Assembly (NCBI RefSeq): GCF_004010195.1
Contig: NC_057719.1
Coordinates: 45,626,658-45,690,657 of the forward strand
Reading direction: 5' to 3'
DNA: 64,000 bases
Source of the DNA: Chiloscyllium plagiosum
Lineage: Eukaryota
Below the pieces are notes generated by a model that was not told the DNA's origin, searched no databases, and worked only from the letters and a program-made list of their open reading frames with translations. Shown piece by piece: positions 13,216 through 26,561 of this stretch (positions are counted from its first letter, which is position 1; each line of letters starts with the position of its first letter). The position numbers and the translations under genes are program-made.

Positions 13216-16200
13216 TGTTACATTCAAATGGGAATTGGATAAGTGTCTGAAGGAAAGAAAGTTCTAGGGCTGCAAGGAATAAGCAAGGAAATGTGACTAA
13301 AAGGACAGTTCTTTCAAAGACTCAAAAGATCTCCTTCTGTGCTATCTAACTCAATGATTCTAAGACTTCTTAATTTGTAGCAGCAGATGTAAAACAAAAA
13401 CAAAATGGTCTGGGTCACAGTTCAACAAGATTTATCATGGAATCAAATAATTTTAAAAGACAGCTGTAACGAAGTAAATTGAGAATAGCTAGAAAACCTA
13501 GAAGTAAATTCATCTGTCATGAATATAAAGGGTTTCTCATTGGTAACAGTTGTTACAAAGTGTGGGATTGGTCCTTTCCTTGAAAAATAACAATAGACAA
13601 TCATTTGTTAATGAGATAAAATGCCTGAGACTGGAGGTGAGTCATTTTATGAACATCAAAGTGACTCGTGCTCTACTCATAATTACTTATCTCTCTTTGA
13701 ATTTGTGTCAACAATGGAAAATGTAAAATTCTATCAGAGCAAACAGTTTTGTCTCCTGGGGCATTTCATTTCTAATTCTCTGAAATAGAGTGATGTTATA
13801 CACAAGTTTTGTTTCAATACAGGTGGAAAAGAGGCAAAGTGGTATGAAACTGATGTACTACGTGAGATTTCAAATAATTGAAAACATGACAAGTTGACCA
13901 CAAAGAGCTTCCTTTATTCTTCCACAGGCATTTGTTGTCCATTCCTCATTACCTTTGAGGAAGTGGTGGTGAGCTGCCTTAGTGAACTGATAACAATCCA
14001 TATGCTGAAGGAACACTCACCCTGGCAGGGGTTTGACCCAGCAACAGTCAGACACTATGAATCTCCTTTCCTGGCCTAATCTCACTGGGAACCCATCTAG
14101 TAACATGATCTCTTTATTTCTTTCACCCTCCACCAATACTAGATGTTCCCCTGATCTCTCCAGCTTTCCTAATCATGTCTGACCTGATGTTCTGATCATT
14201 CCACATGGTGCCAAGGCAACACTTTGACATGCACTGAATAGTGATGTTAGAGGCTCCAAATTTCTTTCCCTCACATGCTGACCAGAGGTCATTCCAACTT
14301 TCACCATTGTGAACCTCCATGTCTTGGAAGGATTTGCACATTAATACTCACCTGTTTGATTGCGTTAAGAATATAATTCTTCAGCCATCAAGTTAAATTG
14401 CCCATAGCGTGCAGGGATGTGCAAGCTAGGTAGAAATGCAGAGTTACAGGAAAAGGATAGGGGGCTGTGGGTCTGGGTGAGATGCTCTTCAGAGGTCAGT
14501 GTGGACTCGATTGGCTGAATGGCCTGCTTCAACACCGTAGGCATTCTATGATTCTAAGTCCTCGAGCAGCTCTTGAACCGTGAGCTTCTGAATAAGACAC
14601 TATCACTCTGCCACAGAACCATCCCAAAATTTCATTGCACCACCATGGTAAGTAGATACATAATCTGTTACTGAATGATCATTGTTTGGAATCAGGCACT
14701 CCATTAATATGACCATAAAATAACAAACAACAAAGGATGTTACAAAATAATATTTTAACTTGTTACTTTTGGCTGCAATCAGAACTAAAGTTGTTTATCC
14801 ATCAGCAGCCATGATAATAGGAAATTTAAAGAAAGGAAAGAGACATATGTGATGTTTGTTGACAATATTTTATATTTTAGTCCAAATATTGTAATTTTAA
14901 ACATCAGTTCAGCAGGCTAAAAAAAAATATATTCGTAATAAGCAAGAAAAGTTTGATTTTAGAAAATTAATTTGAAATCAAATCTGGAATCCGATTCTGA
15001 TTTCAGTCTTAACAGTAAAGTAAGAAGAAAGAAAATGCCAGATTTTAATGCCCAAATAACGGTAAGATTAATATTGGCCCTGATCATTTATATGGAAATT
15101 GTACAGCAAGGAGATGATACATGGGAAAAGCTTGGAGGGATATGGGCCAAATGCAGGCAAGTGGGACTAGGCTGGGAATGTGGTTTGGGAATGTGGTCAG
15201 TATGGATTAGTTGGAGCAAAGGGTTTGTTTCCTTGCAGTATGACTCTATGACTCTATGACTCTATGACATGGTTAGTTGTATGCAAATATTGCTGTTTGA
15301 GTTGTGATGCTTTATCATTCACTTTGCAAAATGTAATCTTACTGCCTGCATTACCATTAATGTGGAATTCTCAATGACGTCTTAATGGAATTTCAAATGA
15401 ACCATATTGAAAGAACATTGTGTCCTATGATGGTAGGAACATTGGGAAGCAGAAAAGCTGGATCATCTGAATGGCAGTTTTAGTTGAAGATACTTAAAAA
15501 CACATCAGCCTTGCATTAATGTTATATGCGAGGAGTGAGATATTCATGAAGTGATGACAAAAATAACATGCTGTCTGGTTGATTTCAACTCGTTTTGGTA
15601 GAGCTACAGGACTTTGCTCTGAACCATCATAGACTCATAGAGATGTACACAACGGAAACAGACCCTTTGGTCCAACTCGTCCATGCTGATGAGATATCCT
15701 AACCTAATCTAGTCCCATTTGCCTGTTTAGAGACCACTAAGCTCTGTTTATTGCCAGCTGCTTTTGGCATTGAGCATATTGGTGTTGTTGCACTTGGATT
15801 TTACCTCATTTTAAGATATATGTCTGAACTGTGCATTTGTGCCTTACTCTAAGGTAAGTCTGAGCTGCTCGTATAATTGTAAAATACCATTCATATACTC
15901 TATATTGAACAGAATTGTTATTCTTGCTCAAGGAGTGAGGAATATGAGACCTATAATGTTACAAATTGGGGTGATGCTCAAATCCAGTGTTGATGGCCTA
16001 CAGTAATTCATGGATGCCCATTTTGTCTCACTTTGTCTGATGGTGGTGCCAGGCTCCACACTAGAGATGCATGACAGAGAATTATACCTAAAAACTATCT
16101 GCAATATGAAAGAAAATAAAGACAAGATCAAGTGGAATCTTTTCACTCTGCAAGAGTTGTTAATCTGTGAAATTCTCTTCTCCCATAGTGGAGTGGAGGG

Positions 16201-17849
16201 AGGGTAATTGTATATTTTAAAGCTGAGTTAGATAGATTCTTAATTGACACGAGATACAAAATGGAGAGTATATGGGAAAATAAAGTTAAGGCCACAATCA
16301 GATTTGCCATTATCATATCAAATGGAGCACACTTGATGGGTTGAATGGTCTGTTCCTGCTGTTAATTCATATGTCTGTAGGCTAGCTACTTTCTCATGTT
16401 ATTTTTGTCATCACGTGGCACAGAGATTTCTTCAACAATTTTTGATCTGAAGTCCCTCACAAATACCAAGACTCATATGTGAGAAATCTCTCTCAACTTA
16501 ATAACTCACTCCGAACTATTAACAGGGAACAATTTGTAGCAATAACTAAGAGATATTTTCCTTAGTCACATACTGGTGTGATACCTTCATTGGAACAATT
16601 CCAATTTTTGCATTGAACTCAATAGTGATAGTAACTAAATGATACTCTAAATATCTTCAGAGGTAATTATGAGTGCACATTTGGCAATACAATAGACATG
16701 ACTAGGTGAGGGAGTCATGTTTCCATCCCTGATGGACATTTGTAAACCAGTTGGGTATTTAGGACAATTTAGGATTTTCTCAGGAGGTTATTTCTTTCTA
16801 AAGGACCAATGCAAGATGAGAAAATAACTTTTCTCACATAACGAGTAGATAGTATATGGAATATGTTGAAAATATGTTGGAGGTAGGTTCAACTGAAGCA
16901 TTCAAGAGGCCATTAGATGATTATTTGGATAGAAACAGTGTGCTGGGTTACGGGGAAATGACAGAAGATTTGCAAAAGGTCAAAATATTTAGAATTGGTG
17001 ATGATATGATTGGCTGATTCATCAGTATCATAACGTAACATCACAGAATTCTGCTTTTAAACTACAAATGACTGATTTATTTAATTCAAGTTCACTATTA
17101 GCTATAATGGTATTTGCAATTATGACTGCAGGTTGTTAGTTTGGTACCATAACCAGTCTACTATAGCCAGTAAATATCAAACACTAAGTACCACTTTAAT
17201 TCTTTACATTTCTGACCGGGGGCTGTATGCTCATTGTGGGGCACCAGCTATTTTTCAGTTGCAGATTATGTAACTACATATCACTCATAAAAGAAACAGG
17301 CTGATGTGACATGTCTATTTCATGGATGAAGAAACTTAACATGCTTCCAACCTTCTGTTGTGCTGGTCTGCTCCTCATTTTTGCCTACACCAATGGTTCG
17401 CAACAATTCAAGAAGGAGAGCCAAATGTGTAAATCTCTCCTTAACAACAAATCCTTTGACAAGTTCTTAGTCATTGCTCTACATCATGACCCACAGAAAC
17501 TGCATCACATTCAGCCCCTGGATTCAGCTTCAGAGAAAATGGTTCCCCAGCTATATTCAGGCCCTACCAATATAAACACACATATTGGTGTTCATGAACC
17601 AAGTCCTCTGGACAAGTAACTTTGCTGTGTAGTGGAGAAGATTGATATCTAAGAGAGTAATTAGGCATAGAAACACAAACCAGTCAGACACCAGCAGCTG
17701 ATCGCACATCAATGCAATGCCTGAATCAACACAAAGCTTCTGATAAGCAGAAAATGAATACAAACTCATTGTTTTCAGAAATATAATTTTATTTTCATTC
17801 ATTGGTAGAACCTAACAAAAGTGATACAGCATTTCAAATTCAATCAAAC

Positions 17850-18375
17850 TTTCCCTGCTCACCTTAAACCTATGCATCTAGTTTTAGACTCCCCCACCCC
17901 AGGGAAAAAATCTTGTCTACTTATTCCACCCATGCCCCTCATGATTTTATAAACCTCTACAAGGTCACTCCTCAGCTTCTTTCACTTCAGGAAACATAGC
18001 CCCAATGTATTCAGCCTCCCCCTATAGCTCAAACCCTCCAACCCTGGCAACATCCTTGCAAATCTTTTCTGAACCATTTCAAATTTCACAACATCCTCCC
18101 GATAGAATTGCACGCAGTATTCCAAAAGTGGCCTAACCAATATCTTATACAGCCACAACATGACCTCCCAACTCCTATACACAATGCTCTGACCAAAAAA
18201 GAAAGCATACCAAACGCCTTGATCATTATCCTATCCACTTGTCACTCCACTTTCAAGGAGCTATAAACCTGCACTCCAAAGTCTCTTTGTTCAGCAACAC
18301 TCCCCAGGATCTTTCCATTCAATGTATAGGTCCTGCTCTGATTTACCTTTTATATTTATCTAAATTAAACTCCTT
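17850..18375 (-). mobile_element. CR1 LINE fragment
   Basis: YKILVRPLLEYCVQF ... VQKRFARMLPGL. Confidence 0.92.
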
Positions 18376-19359
18376 ACTGCCACATCATTTCATGCCTCAA
18401 ACCATGCATAGAATTTCGGGAGGGAAGCATCACTAGCACAAGCATGCGATGCTGTTCTGTGGTTGATGATGGCCTGGATTCCCTTCCACATGCTCTGCAT
18501 ATCACCATTGTCCTGAAAGTGGCTGTGTATTCTTGGTGCCTATGCAGGCTTTGCCTCTTTGTGTCTTTGCCTAGCAGAGCTAGGCCAGTGGCTGCAGCTG
18601 ACTAGTGGAAGGCTGCTAACTTTCACTGGAGTGAGCAGTTGATGTCCTTGTTGAATGACCTTGTGCAGCTCAGGTTCTTGGGGGCCTAGCTGCGTCTCAT
18701 CATAGGTGGCAGCCTGGGCTGTCTTGCCAGACAGGTAACACTAACAGTGTTGCCAGAGTTGCAGAAGTGAAAGCATGAATGCTGCTATCCTCAGAGAGAA
18801 CAGCAGGTTTGTGTTCCATGGAGCCTCTGCCACTACCCAGGACAGTTCCTCAGTAATCTCTGCAATCTCTGGGAGCATTGATTTTTGACACAGCTGTGAA
18901 GGACTGCAAGTCCCTTTAGTCACTGAATTCTGTACTCATGACCACGGTACTCTGAATCTGTATGGTAACAGTCAATCATCTCACAATCTCAGTCTGAAAC
19001 ATCACAAGGCCTGTGCTCCAGTGCACATGACCCTCAGTCACTCTATAATGGGTCAATATGGAAGTGTGGCCACAGAGATACCATTACTTTCCTAATGAAA
19101 AGAATGGACTTCATCTTCTGCCCTGTTTCAGATTGGAGCCAAATTCCTCCATGTGTCTTGATACTGACAGGAGGCAGACAGGCTAAAAACACCATCGACA
19201 TCAGCATTGCCCTGTATGCTGTCCCTTCAATCTGTGTCCCCTGTGGCAAAACATGCCAATGATCACCATCTCCTATCTGTGATCGCACCCTAAAGGCAGG
19301 CTTGTACATTAGTCAAACTATCCCATATTCCACTCATGCCTGGTGAATTACCAAATTGT

Positions 19360-19688
19360 GGGCAGCACAGTGGCTCAGTGGTCAGCACTGCTGCCTCACA
19401 GCGCTAGGGACTGGTTTCAATACCCCCCTCCGGCAATTGCCTGTGTGGAGTTTGCACATTCTCCCCGTGTCTACGTGGGTTTCCTCTGGGTGCTCTAGTT
19501 TCCTCCCACAGTCCAAAGATGTGCAGGTCAGGTGAATTGGCCATGCTAAATTGCCCATAGTGTTAGGTGCATTAGTGAGGGGTAAATATAGGTAGGCGAA
19601 TGGATGGGTTACTCTTCGGAGGGTCCGTGTGGACTTGTTGGGCCGAAGGGCCTGTTTCCATACAGTAGGGTATCGAATCAAATCTAAT
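19360..19688 (+). mobile_element. HE1-type tRNA-derived V-SINE
   Basis: A-box ggctcagtggtcagc, B-box-like gtttcaatacc, V-domain tgtggagtttgcacattctccccgtgtct, and a CR1-like tail. Confidence 0.92.
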
Positions 19689-20374
19689 TTAAATGCAGAT
19701 ATGATCCATGCAGTGCTATTTTGGCCTTGAGGATAATTGCAGTGCCAGTATTTGAGCTGGTGGCTGCAATGAAGCAGTAGTAGTAGTAGTAGTAATGGTA
19801 AAGTAATGGTTAAAATAATATTGCTCAGAATCATCCTGTTGTCCTTGCCCATCTTCCAGATGCTGTAGTAGCTGAGCAAATGGCAATTTGTGAACATTTG
19901 GAAGAAACCGAGGGGGAGGATTGAAATAAGAGAAATGAGTTGGGGAGGAAAACAAGATATCCATGGTGATTCCATTGGGCCATTTCAGTGCACCTTTCAC
20001 ATGAGGGTGAGGAGAGGGTGCACAGGTTCCTCAAAGCAGCAACTTACCCTCACCCTGGATGGCCTCAGCAGTGTCAGATGTCACTGGCTGTGTGGTATAG
20101 ATTACAAGGGCTTTTTTGGACTCTCTCTCAAGAGCACTGAGGGGAAGCTGGTAGCTTATTTTTCCATTGATCATGCCAGTTCACACCATCTCCTCCAAAC
20201 AAACGTTAGTGACTATCTATCAGTATGTTTGAATGATGCTGTATAACTGTAATTCTGAGAAAGAGAGGTAAGTGTACAGCTGGCATGATGGGAAGGTATG
20301 AGTAGAAGATTGTAATATGAAGATATTTGGGGTGAGTTCTGACCCACTGTTAGTTGAGTGATGGATTTATGATG

Positions 20375-21020
20375 CACTGGGGCTGTTTTCCCTGGAGCGT
20401 CGGAGGCTGAGGGGTGACCTTATAGAGATTTACAAAATTATGAGGGACATGGCTAGGATAAATAGACAAAGTCTTTTCCCTGGGGTCGGGGAGTCCAGAA
20501 CGAGAGGGCATAGATTTAGGGTGAGAGGGGAAAGTTATAAAAAAGACCTAAGGTGGTACGTGTATTGAATGAGCTGCCAGAGGATGTGGTGGAGCTGAAA
20601 ATGTGTTGCTGGAAAAGCGCAACAGGTCAGGCAGCATCCAAGGAACAGGAGAATCAACATTTCAGGCATAAGCCCTTCTTCAGGAATGGTTCCTGAAGAA
20701 GGGCTTATGCCTGAAACGTCGATTCTCCTGTTCCTTTGATGCTGCCTGACCTGCTGCACTTTTCCAGCAACACATTTTCAGCTCTCATCTGCAGCCCTCA
20801 CTTTCTCCTAGAGGATGTGGTGGAGGCTGGTACAATTGCAACATTTAAGAGGCATTTGGATGGGTATATGAATAGGAAGGGTTTGGAGGGATATGGGCCG
20901 GGCGCTGGCAGGTGGGACTAGATTGGGTTGGGATATCTTGTCAGCATGGATGGGTTGGACCGAAGGGTCTGTTTCCATGCTGTACATCTCTATCTCTATC
21001 TCTATCTCTATCTCTATGAC
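20375..21020 (+). mobile_element. CR1 LINE 3' end, interrupted by a palindromic hammerhead element
   Basis: RRLRGDLIEIYKIM...EDVVEAGTIATFKRHLDGYM, with a (TCTATC)n tail at about 20987-21015. Confidence 0.93.
20595..20809. mobile_element. Palindromic Penelope pLTR-derived element with two opposed hammerhead motifs
   Basis: About 95 bp inverted arms around a 3 nt centre (ttcttcaggaa-tgg-ttcctgaagaa). 16 bp TSD agaggatgtggtggag at 20579-20594 and 20810-20825. Confidence 0.9.
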
Positions 21021-22199
21021 TAAGCAATGTCAGAGGTGGTGGAATTTAGAAGTGTTAATGCAGGTATATTCATTCAATTTACACTACACAAGTGAGCATT
21101 AAACTTCCCTGTAAGTCCCAGAAATGACACTTCGGACATCCTGGTCATATGCTTCTAATTCCTTCTGAAGTTCATCCATGATCCCAGTTGAAACAGGATT
21201 TCCTTCCTCTTTTCCACCAGGGCCAAGTCACTTAGTCATTTCATGGGTGTGATGTGACAGCCTCCTTTCTGATCCACTGGATTATCCTGCAACCTACAGA
21301 ATATTGCTACAACTTTGTTTCTACAGGTGCTGCCTCCCTCCCCCCCACCCCCCAAAAAAAGGAGGGCTGCCTGAGGCTTCTTCAGAATGGTATTTGGCTC
21401 CTGAGGCATCAAAGGCCACCAGCAGCAATATGGAGACCTACACAACACTGGAGCCAGGTTACAATCAATAAATTAGTGGATACACAAGTTTTCATGCTGC
21501 CTTCCTCATTCCCAACTTGTCAGTTGCAAACTGTAGTCCTCATGCACAAAAATAGGCAAATTTCTAATCTAGTGTACTTTATTTGCAGTATACATCTTAC
21601 TCGGATGGAACTGATGCAGTAAGATTGTTGCAGGTTGATCATTTATACAAGCTGATGTACACAATCCCAAATGCAGATCATTTGTATTCAAACCATCTTC
21701 ATATTGGTCAAAATAGTGGCTGTAGTACTGAAGCAACATTACATTGTGTGTAACTAACCTATTAAAATGTTAAGTGACTCTAGGTTGATTATTAACAGTT
21801 TCAGTTTTCTATTCATAGTGCAATCAAAATCCTCATGCTTACAAAGATCACAAAGGAAAAATATTCCAATATGTTTTCACAAATAAAATTCAACCTACAG
21901 TCATCAAAGCACTTTTTTTATTGAAATTTCAATATGGCGTTTTATTGAATTTTCATCAACAATCAAAATTTATCCTAATTATAGTTAGCATATGTTTCAA
22001 ACTTAAATCCTCCTTGTATAAAGCATTTAAACTTTTACTTGCATATGTGCCCCATTCTATTTCAGGGAAACAAAAGGAGCAGGGTTTTGGTTCTCTAGTA
22101 TCACATGAGAAAGTAATTTCAGTGCAGCGTTGAGTTAGAAATTTATGGAGGAGGCATAGATGTTTGTAGAACTGTCAAGCTTTGTAGTTATCCAAATCC

Positions 22200-23975
22200 C
22201 CAAAATAGTTTGTGGCTCACAGAAAACATATATCCCAGTGAGAAAGAAGAATTACAGGAAGGGGATGAACCAGCTATGGATAACCTGAAAAGTTAAGGAA
22301 AGTGTCAAGTTTTTAAAAAATGCACAATGTAGCAAGGATTAATGGTAAACCATAGGATTGGGCAAGTTTTAAAAACCAACAAAAGCTGACCAAAAATAAT
22401 AAAGGTGGAGAAGATAAACTTTGAGAGTAAACAGCAACAGCTTCTTTAAATATCAAAAAAGAAGAGAGAAGCCAATGTGAATATAGGCCTCTTAAAGAAT
22501 GACACTCAGGAAATAATAATTGGCAACCAGAAAATAGCAGCTGAGTTTAATAAATAGTTTGCATCAGTCTTCACAATAAAAGACACAAATAGTATTTCAA
22601 CATTATTAAATAATGAAGGGGAAAAATGAGGAGAGAAAACAAATACGATAAGTATCAGGAGAAAAAAATGTGCTATGGGAATTATTCGGGATATAAACTG
22701 ATAAGTCTTCTGAACCTTATCGGGTACATCTTATGATAATAAAGGAGGCAGCTACAGAGATATTGGTTGCACTGGTAGTAATCTTTCAGGAATCCTTAGA
22801 GTCTGGAAAAGTCCTAGAGAGTTGAAAAACTGCCAAAGTAACATCTTTCATTTCAAAAAGAGAAGATAAAAAAAACAGGGACAGTTTGGACAGTGGGCTT
22901 AACAGTTGTCATTGGGAAAATGGGAAAAGATAAAATAGCACAGAATTTAAAACTACACAGTATGATCTGACAGAGTCTGTATGGCTTCATGAAGGGGACA
23001 TCATGCCTGACAAATTTACTAGAATTCTTTCAGGATGTAACAAACAGGATAGATAAGGGGAAGCAGTAGATGCAATACATTTGGATTTTCAGAAGGCATT
23101 TGACAAGATACCAAACATTAGGATAATTAATAAGAGCTGATGGTGTTGGAGGTAGTACATTAATATGAATGGAGGATTGGCTAACTAATTGAAGACAGAG
23201 TGCGCGAAGTGTGGCATTTTCAGTATGGCAATCTGTAACTTATTAAAAATCAGAGGGGTCAGTGCTGGGGTAACAATTATTTACAATATATATTAATAAC
23301 TTGGATGAGGAACGTGAATGCACCATAGTCACATTTGCCGATGACACAAAAATAGTTAGAAAGATAAGTGATGAGGATGACACAATGAGTTTGCTATGAG
23401 ATATAGACAGATTAGTGAGCGGGCAAAATTATGGTAGGGGGATTATAATGTGAATTGTGAGGTTAGGCCCTTTCGCGGGAAGAATACCGGAGCTAAATAT
23501 TATTTAAATGGAGAACGTTTTAAGGAAGTTACATAATAGAAGGATTTGGGAGTCCGCAATATTTGAATTATAACAAACTTGCATCCAAGTTCAGCAGGTA
23601 ATTGGGAACGCAAATGGAATGTTGGCTTTTATTTCAAAGGAAATAGAGTAAAATGTAAAGCTGTTTTGTTCAAATTATATAAGGCACAAGTCAGACCACA
23701 GCTGGAATACAATGAACAGTTCTGGTTCCCTTAGCTAGGGAAGGATATACTGGCATTGGAGGCAATACAAAGAAGGTTCACCAGGCTGATACTGGATTTG
23801 GAGGGATTGCCTTATGAGGAGACGTTGAGTAGTTTGGGCCCATACTCATTGGAATTTGGAAGAACGAGAGGTTGCCTTGTGGAAACACGCAAGATTCTTA
23901 GGGGACCTGACAGGGTAGATGCAAAAAGGCTAGTTTGCCTTACAGGAGAGTCTAGAAGCAGAGGACATACTCTTT
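22200..23975 (+). mobile_element. Older CR1 LINE ORF2 remnant
   Basis: GFMKGTSCLTNLLEFF, YLDFQKAFDK, FADDTK and AIQRRFTRLI, with stops. Confidence 0.9.
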
Positions 23976-25074
23976 ATAAGAGCATAAGATCAGAAGATAT
24001 TGAAGCAGAATTAAACGATTTCACCCATTGAGTCTGCTTTGCCATTCAATCACGGCTGATATGTTTTCCAACTTCATTCTCCGCCTTCATCCCCAAACCC
24101 TTGATTCCCTTAGCAATCAAGAACCTATCTACCTCTGTCTTGAATACACTCAACGCCTTGACCTCTACATCCACCTATGGATATGAGTTCCACAGATTCA
24201 CCACCCTCTGGTTGAAGAAATTCCTCCTCAGGTCTAAAGGTTAGTCCCTTCTCTCTGAGGCTGTGCCATTGGGTCCATGTCTCGCCTACTGGGGAAAACA
24301 CCTTCTCCACGTCCACGCTATCCAGGCCTCTCAGTATTTTGTAAGTTTCAAAAAGATCCTCCCCTCATCCTTCTAAACTCCATCAAGCACAGACCTAGAA
24401 TCCTCAACCACTCCTCATACGAGAAGCCCACTATCCGAGTGATCATTCTTATAAACCTTCTCTGGACTCCCTCCTAGGCCAGCACAGCCTTCCTTAGGTA
24501 CAAGGCCTAAAATTGTTCAGAGTATTCCAAATACAGCTTGACTAGAACCTTATAGAGCCTCAGCAGTACATTTCTGCCCTTGTAATCAAGCCCATTTGAA
24601 ATGAATGTTAATATTGCATTTGCTTTCCTAACTGCCAACTGAACCTACATGTTAATCTTAAGAAAATCCTGAACTAGTACTCTTACATCCCTTTGTGTTT
24701 CAGATTTCCAAAGCCTTTTCTCATTTAGAAAATAGTCCATGCCTCTATTCTTCCAACCAAAATGCAAAACTTCACACTTTCCAATATTGTATTCCATCTA
24801 CTACTTCTTTTCCCACTACCCTAGCCTGTTCAACTCCTCTGCAGCATCCCTGCTTCCTCAACACTAGCTGTCCCTCTGCCTATCTTTGTGATGTCTACAA
24901 GTTAGTAACAATGCCCTCAGTTTCTTTGTCCAGATTGTTAATGTGTAACGTGAATGGTGGTGGTCCCAACACTGACTCCTGTGGAACTCCACTAGTTATT
25001 GGTTGCCATCCTGAAAAAGGCCCCTTGATCCCCTCTATTTGCTTTCTGCCAATCAGCCAATCCTCTATAATTTC

Positions 25075-25598
25075 CTCCACTCCACTCCCGGCACCTTCCC
25101 CTGCAACCGCAGGAGGTGCAAGACTTGCGCCCACACCTCCCGCCTCACCTCCCTCCAAGGCCCCAAAGGAAACTTCCATATCCGCCACAGATTCACCTGC
25201 ACCTCCACACACATCATCTATTGCATTCTCTGCACCCGATGTGGCCTCCTCTATATTGGGGAGACAGGCAGGCTACTTGCAGAGCGTTTCAGAGAACACC
25301 TCTGGGACACCCGGACCAACCAACCCAACCACGCTGTAGCTCAACATTTCAATTCCCCCTCCCACTCCACCAAGGATATGCAGGTCTTTGGACTCCACCA
25401 TCGCCAGACCACAACAANNNNNNNNNNNNNNNNNNNNNNNNNNNNNNNNNNNNNNNNNNNNNNNNNNNNNNNNNNNNNNNNNNNNNNNNNNNNNNNNNNA
25501 CGTCGATTCTCCTGTTCCCTGGATGCTGCCTGACCTGCTGCGCTTTTCCAGCAACACATTTCCAGCTCTGATCTCCAGCATCTGCAGACCTCACTTTC
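25075..25598 (+). mobile_element. Penelope-like element 3' fragment (GIY-YIG) with TSD
   Basis: PGTFPCNRRRCKTC...IIYCILCTRCGLLYIGETGRLLAERFREH. 14 bp TSD tcctctataatttc at 25061-25074 and 25599-25612. Confidence 0.93.
25418..25499. other. Assembly gap (N run)
   Basis: Run of n covering the position where the element's hammerhead would lie. Confidence 1.
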
Positions 25599-26429
25599 TC
25601 CTCTATAATTTCATTGCCTTGCCTATAATATTATAGGGTCTTATGTTATTTAGCAGCCTCCTGTGCAATATCTTATCAAATGCCTTCTGGATATCCAAAT
25701 TTATCATGTCCGCTGGCTCTCCTTTGTCTAACCGCCTTGTTACCACCCCAAAGAATTCTAAGAAATTTGTCAGGCATGACCTCTCCTTGATGAAGCCATG
25801 CTGACTTCACACTATTTTACAATGCATTTCCAAGTACTCCATATTCTTATTCTTAATATTGGACTCTAAACTCTTATCAACAACTGAGGTCAGGCTAACC
25901 AGCATATAGTTTCCTGTCTTCTGCCTCCCTTCCTTCTTAAACAAGGTGTTACATTAGCCATTTTCCAGTTCTCTGGAACCCTCCCTGATTCCAGTGATTC
26001 CTAAAAGATCACCACCAATGCTCCTACAATCTCTTCAACTATCTCCTTCAGAACTCTGGGTGTCGTCCATCTGGTCCAGTTTAATTATCAGAGCTTCCAG
26101 CTTCCCCAGCACCTTCACCTTAATGATAGCTGCTACACTCACCTTTGCTCCCCGACTCTCATGCAGTTCTGGCATTTTCCACTGTGAAGACTGATGCAAT
26201 CTATTCGGTTCCTCCACCATTTTGTATTTCCCCATTACTACTTCTCCAACCTCATTTTCCAGCAGTCCAATGTCCACTCTTACCTTTTAGATATCTGAAA
26301 AAACTTGTAGTCTTCTTTTATATTAGTAGTTAATTTGTTGTCATTTTTCATCTTCTCCCCTCTTATTGCTTTTTTAGTTGTCGTCTGCTGGGTTTTTTTA
26401 AAATCCAATCCATTGGCTTCCCATTAATC

Positions 26430-26528
26430 CTGGCTTCCCTGAAGCAGGGCTTATACCTGAAACGTCGATTCTCCTGCTCCTTGGATGCTGCCTGACCTGC
26501 TGCGCTTTTCCAGCAACACATTTTTCAG
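26430..26528 (+). mobile_element. About 100 bp Penelope pLTR-derived insertion with degenerate hammerhead
   Basis: CTGAAGCAGGGCTTATACCTGAAACGTC. 12 bp TSD ttcccattaatc at 26418-26429 and 26529-26540. Confidence 0.85.
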
Positions 26529-26561
26529 TTCCCATTAATCTTCACCATATTACATGCTTTT

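Larger units (their letters stand above)
18400..21530 (-). mobile_element. Possible decayed PIF/Harbinger element (Myb/SANT ORF side), interrupted by a SINE and a CR1
   Basis: Minus-strand 21189-21227 reads LALVEKRKEILFQ, resembling helix 1 of Myb/SANT-like (MSANTD-type) domains. The flanks are GC-richer and not LINE-like. Weak evidence. Confidence 0.3.

Noticed and set aside
17340..17420. TFCCAGLLLIFAYTNG resembles human PTGER2 TM6 (TFAVCSLPFTIFAYMN), and PTGER2 neighbours TXNDC16 in human
   Set aside because: No TM7 DPW motif or other helices follow, and there is no intron at the conserved TM6 position. Treated as coincidence; no PTGER2 exon was found in the window.
19382..19975. 197 aa ORF, and similar long ORFs at 24695, 52849 and 54187
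   Set aside because: Chance frames running through SINE antisense, microsatellite, CR1 or Penelope sequence.
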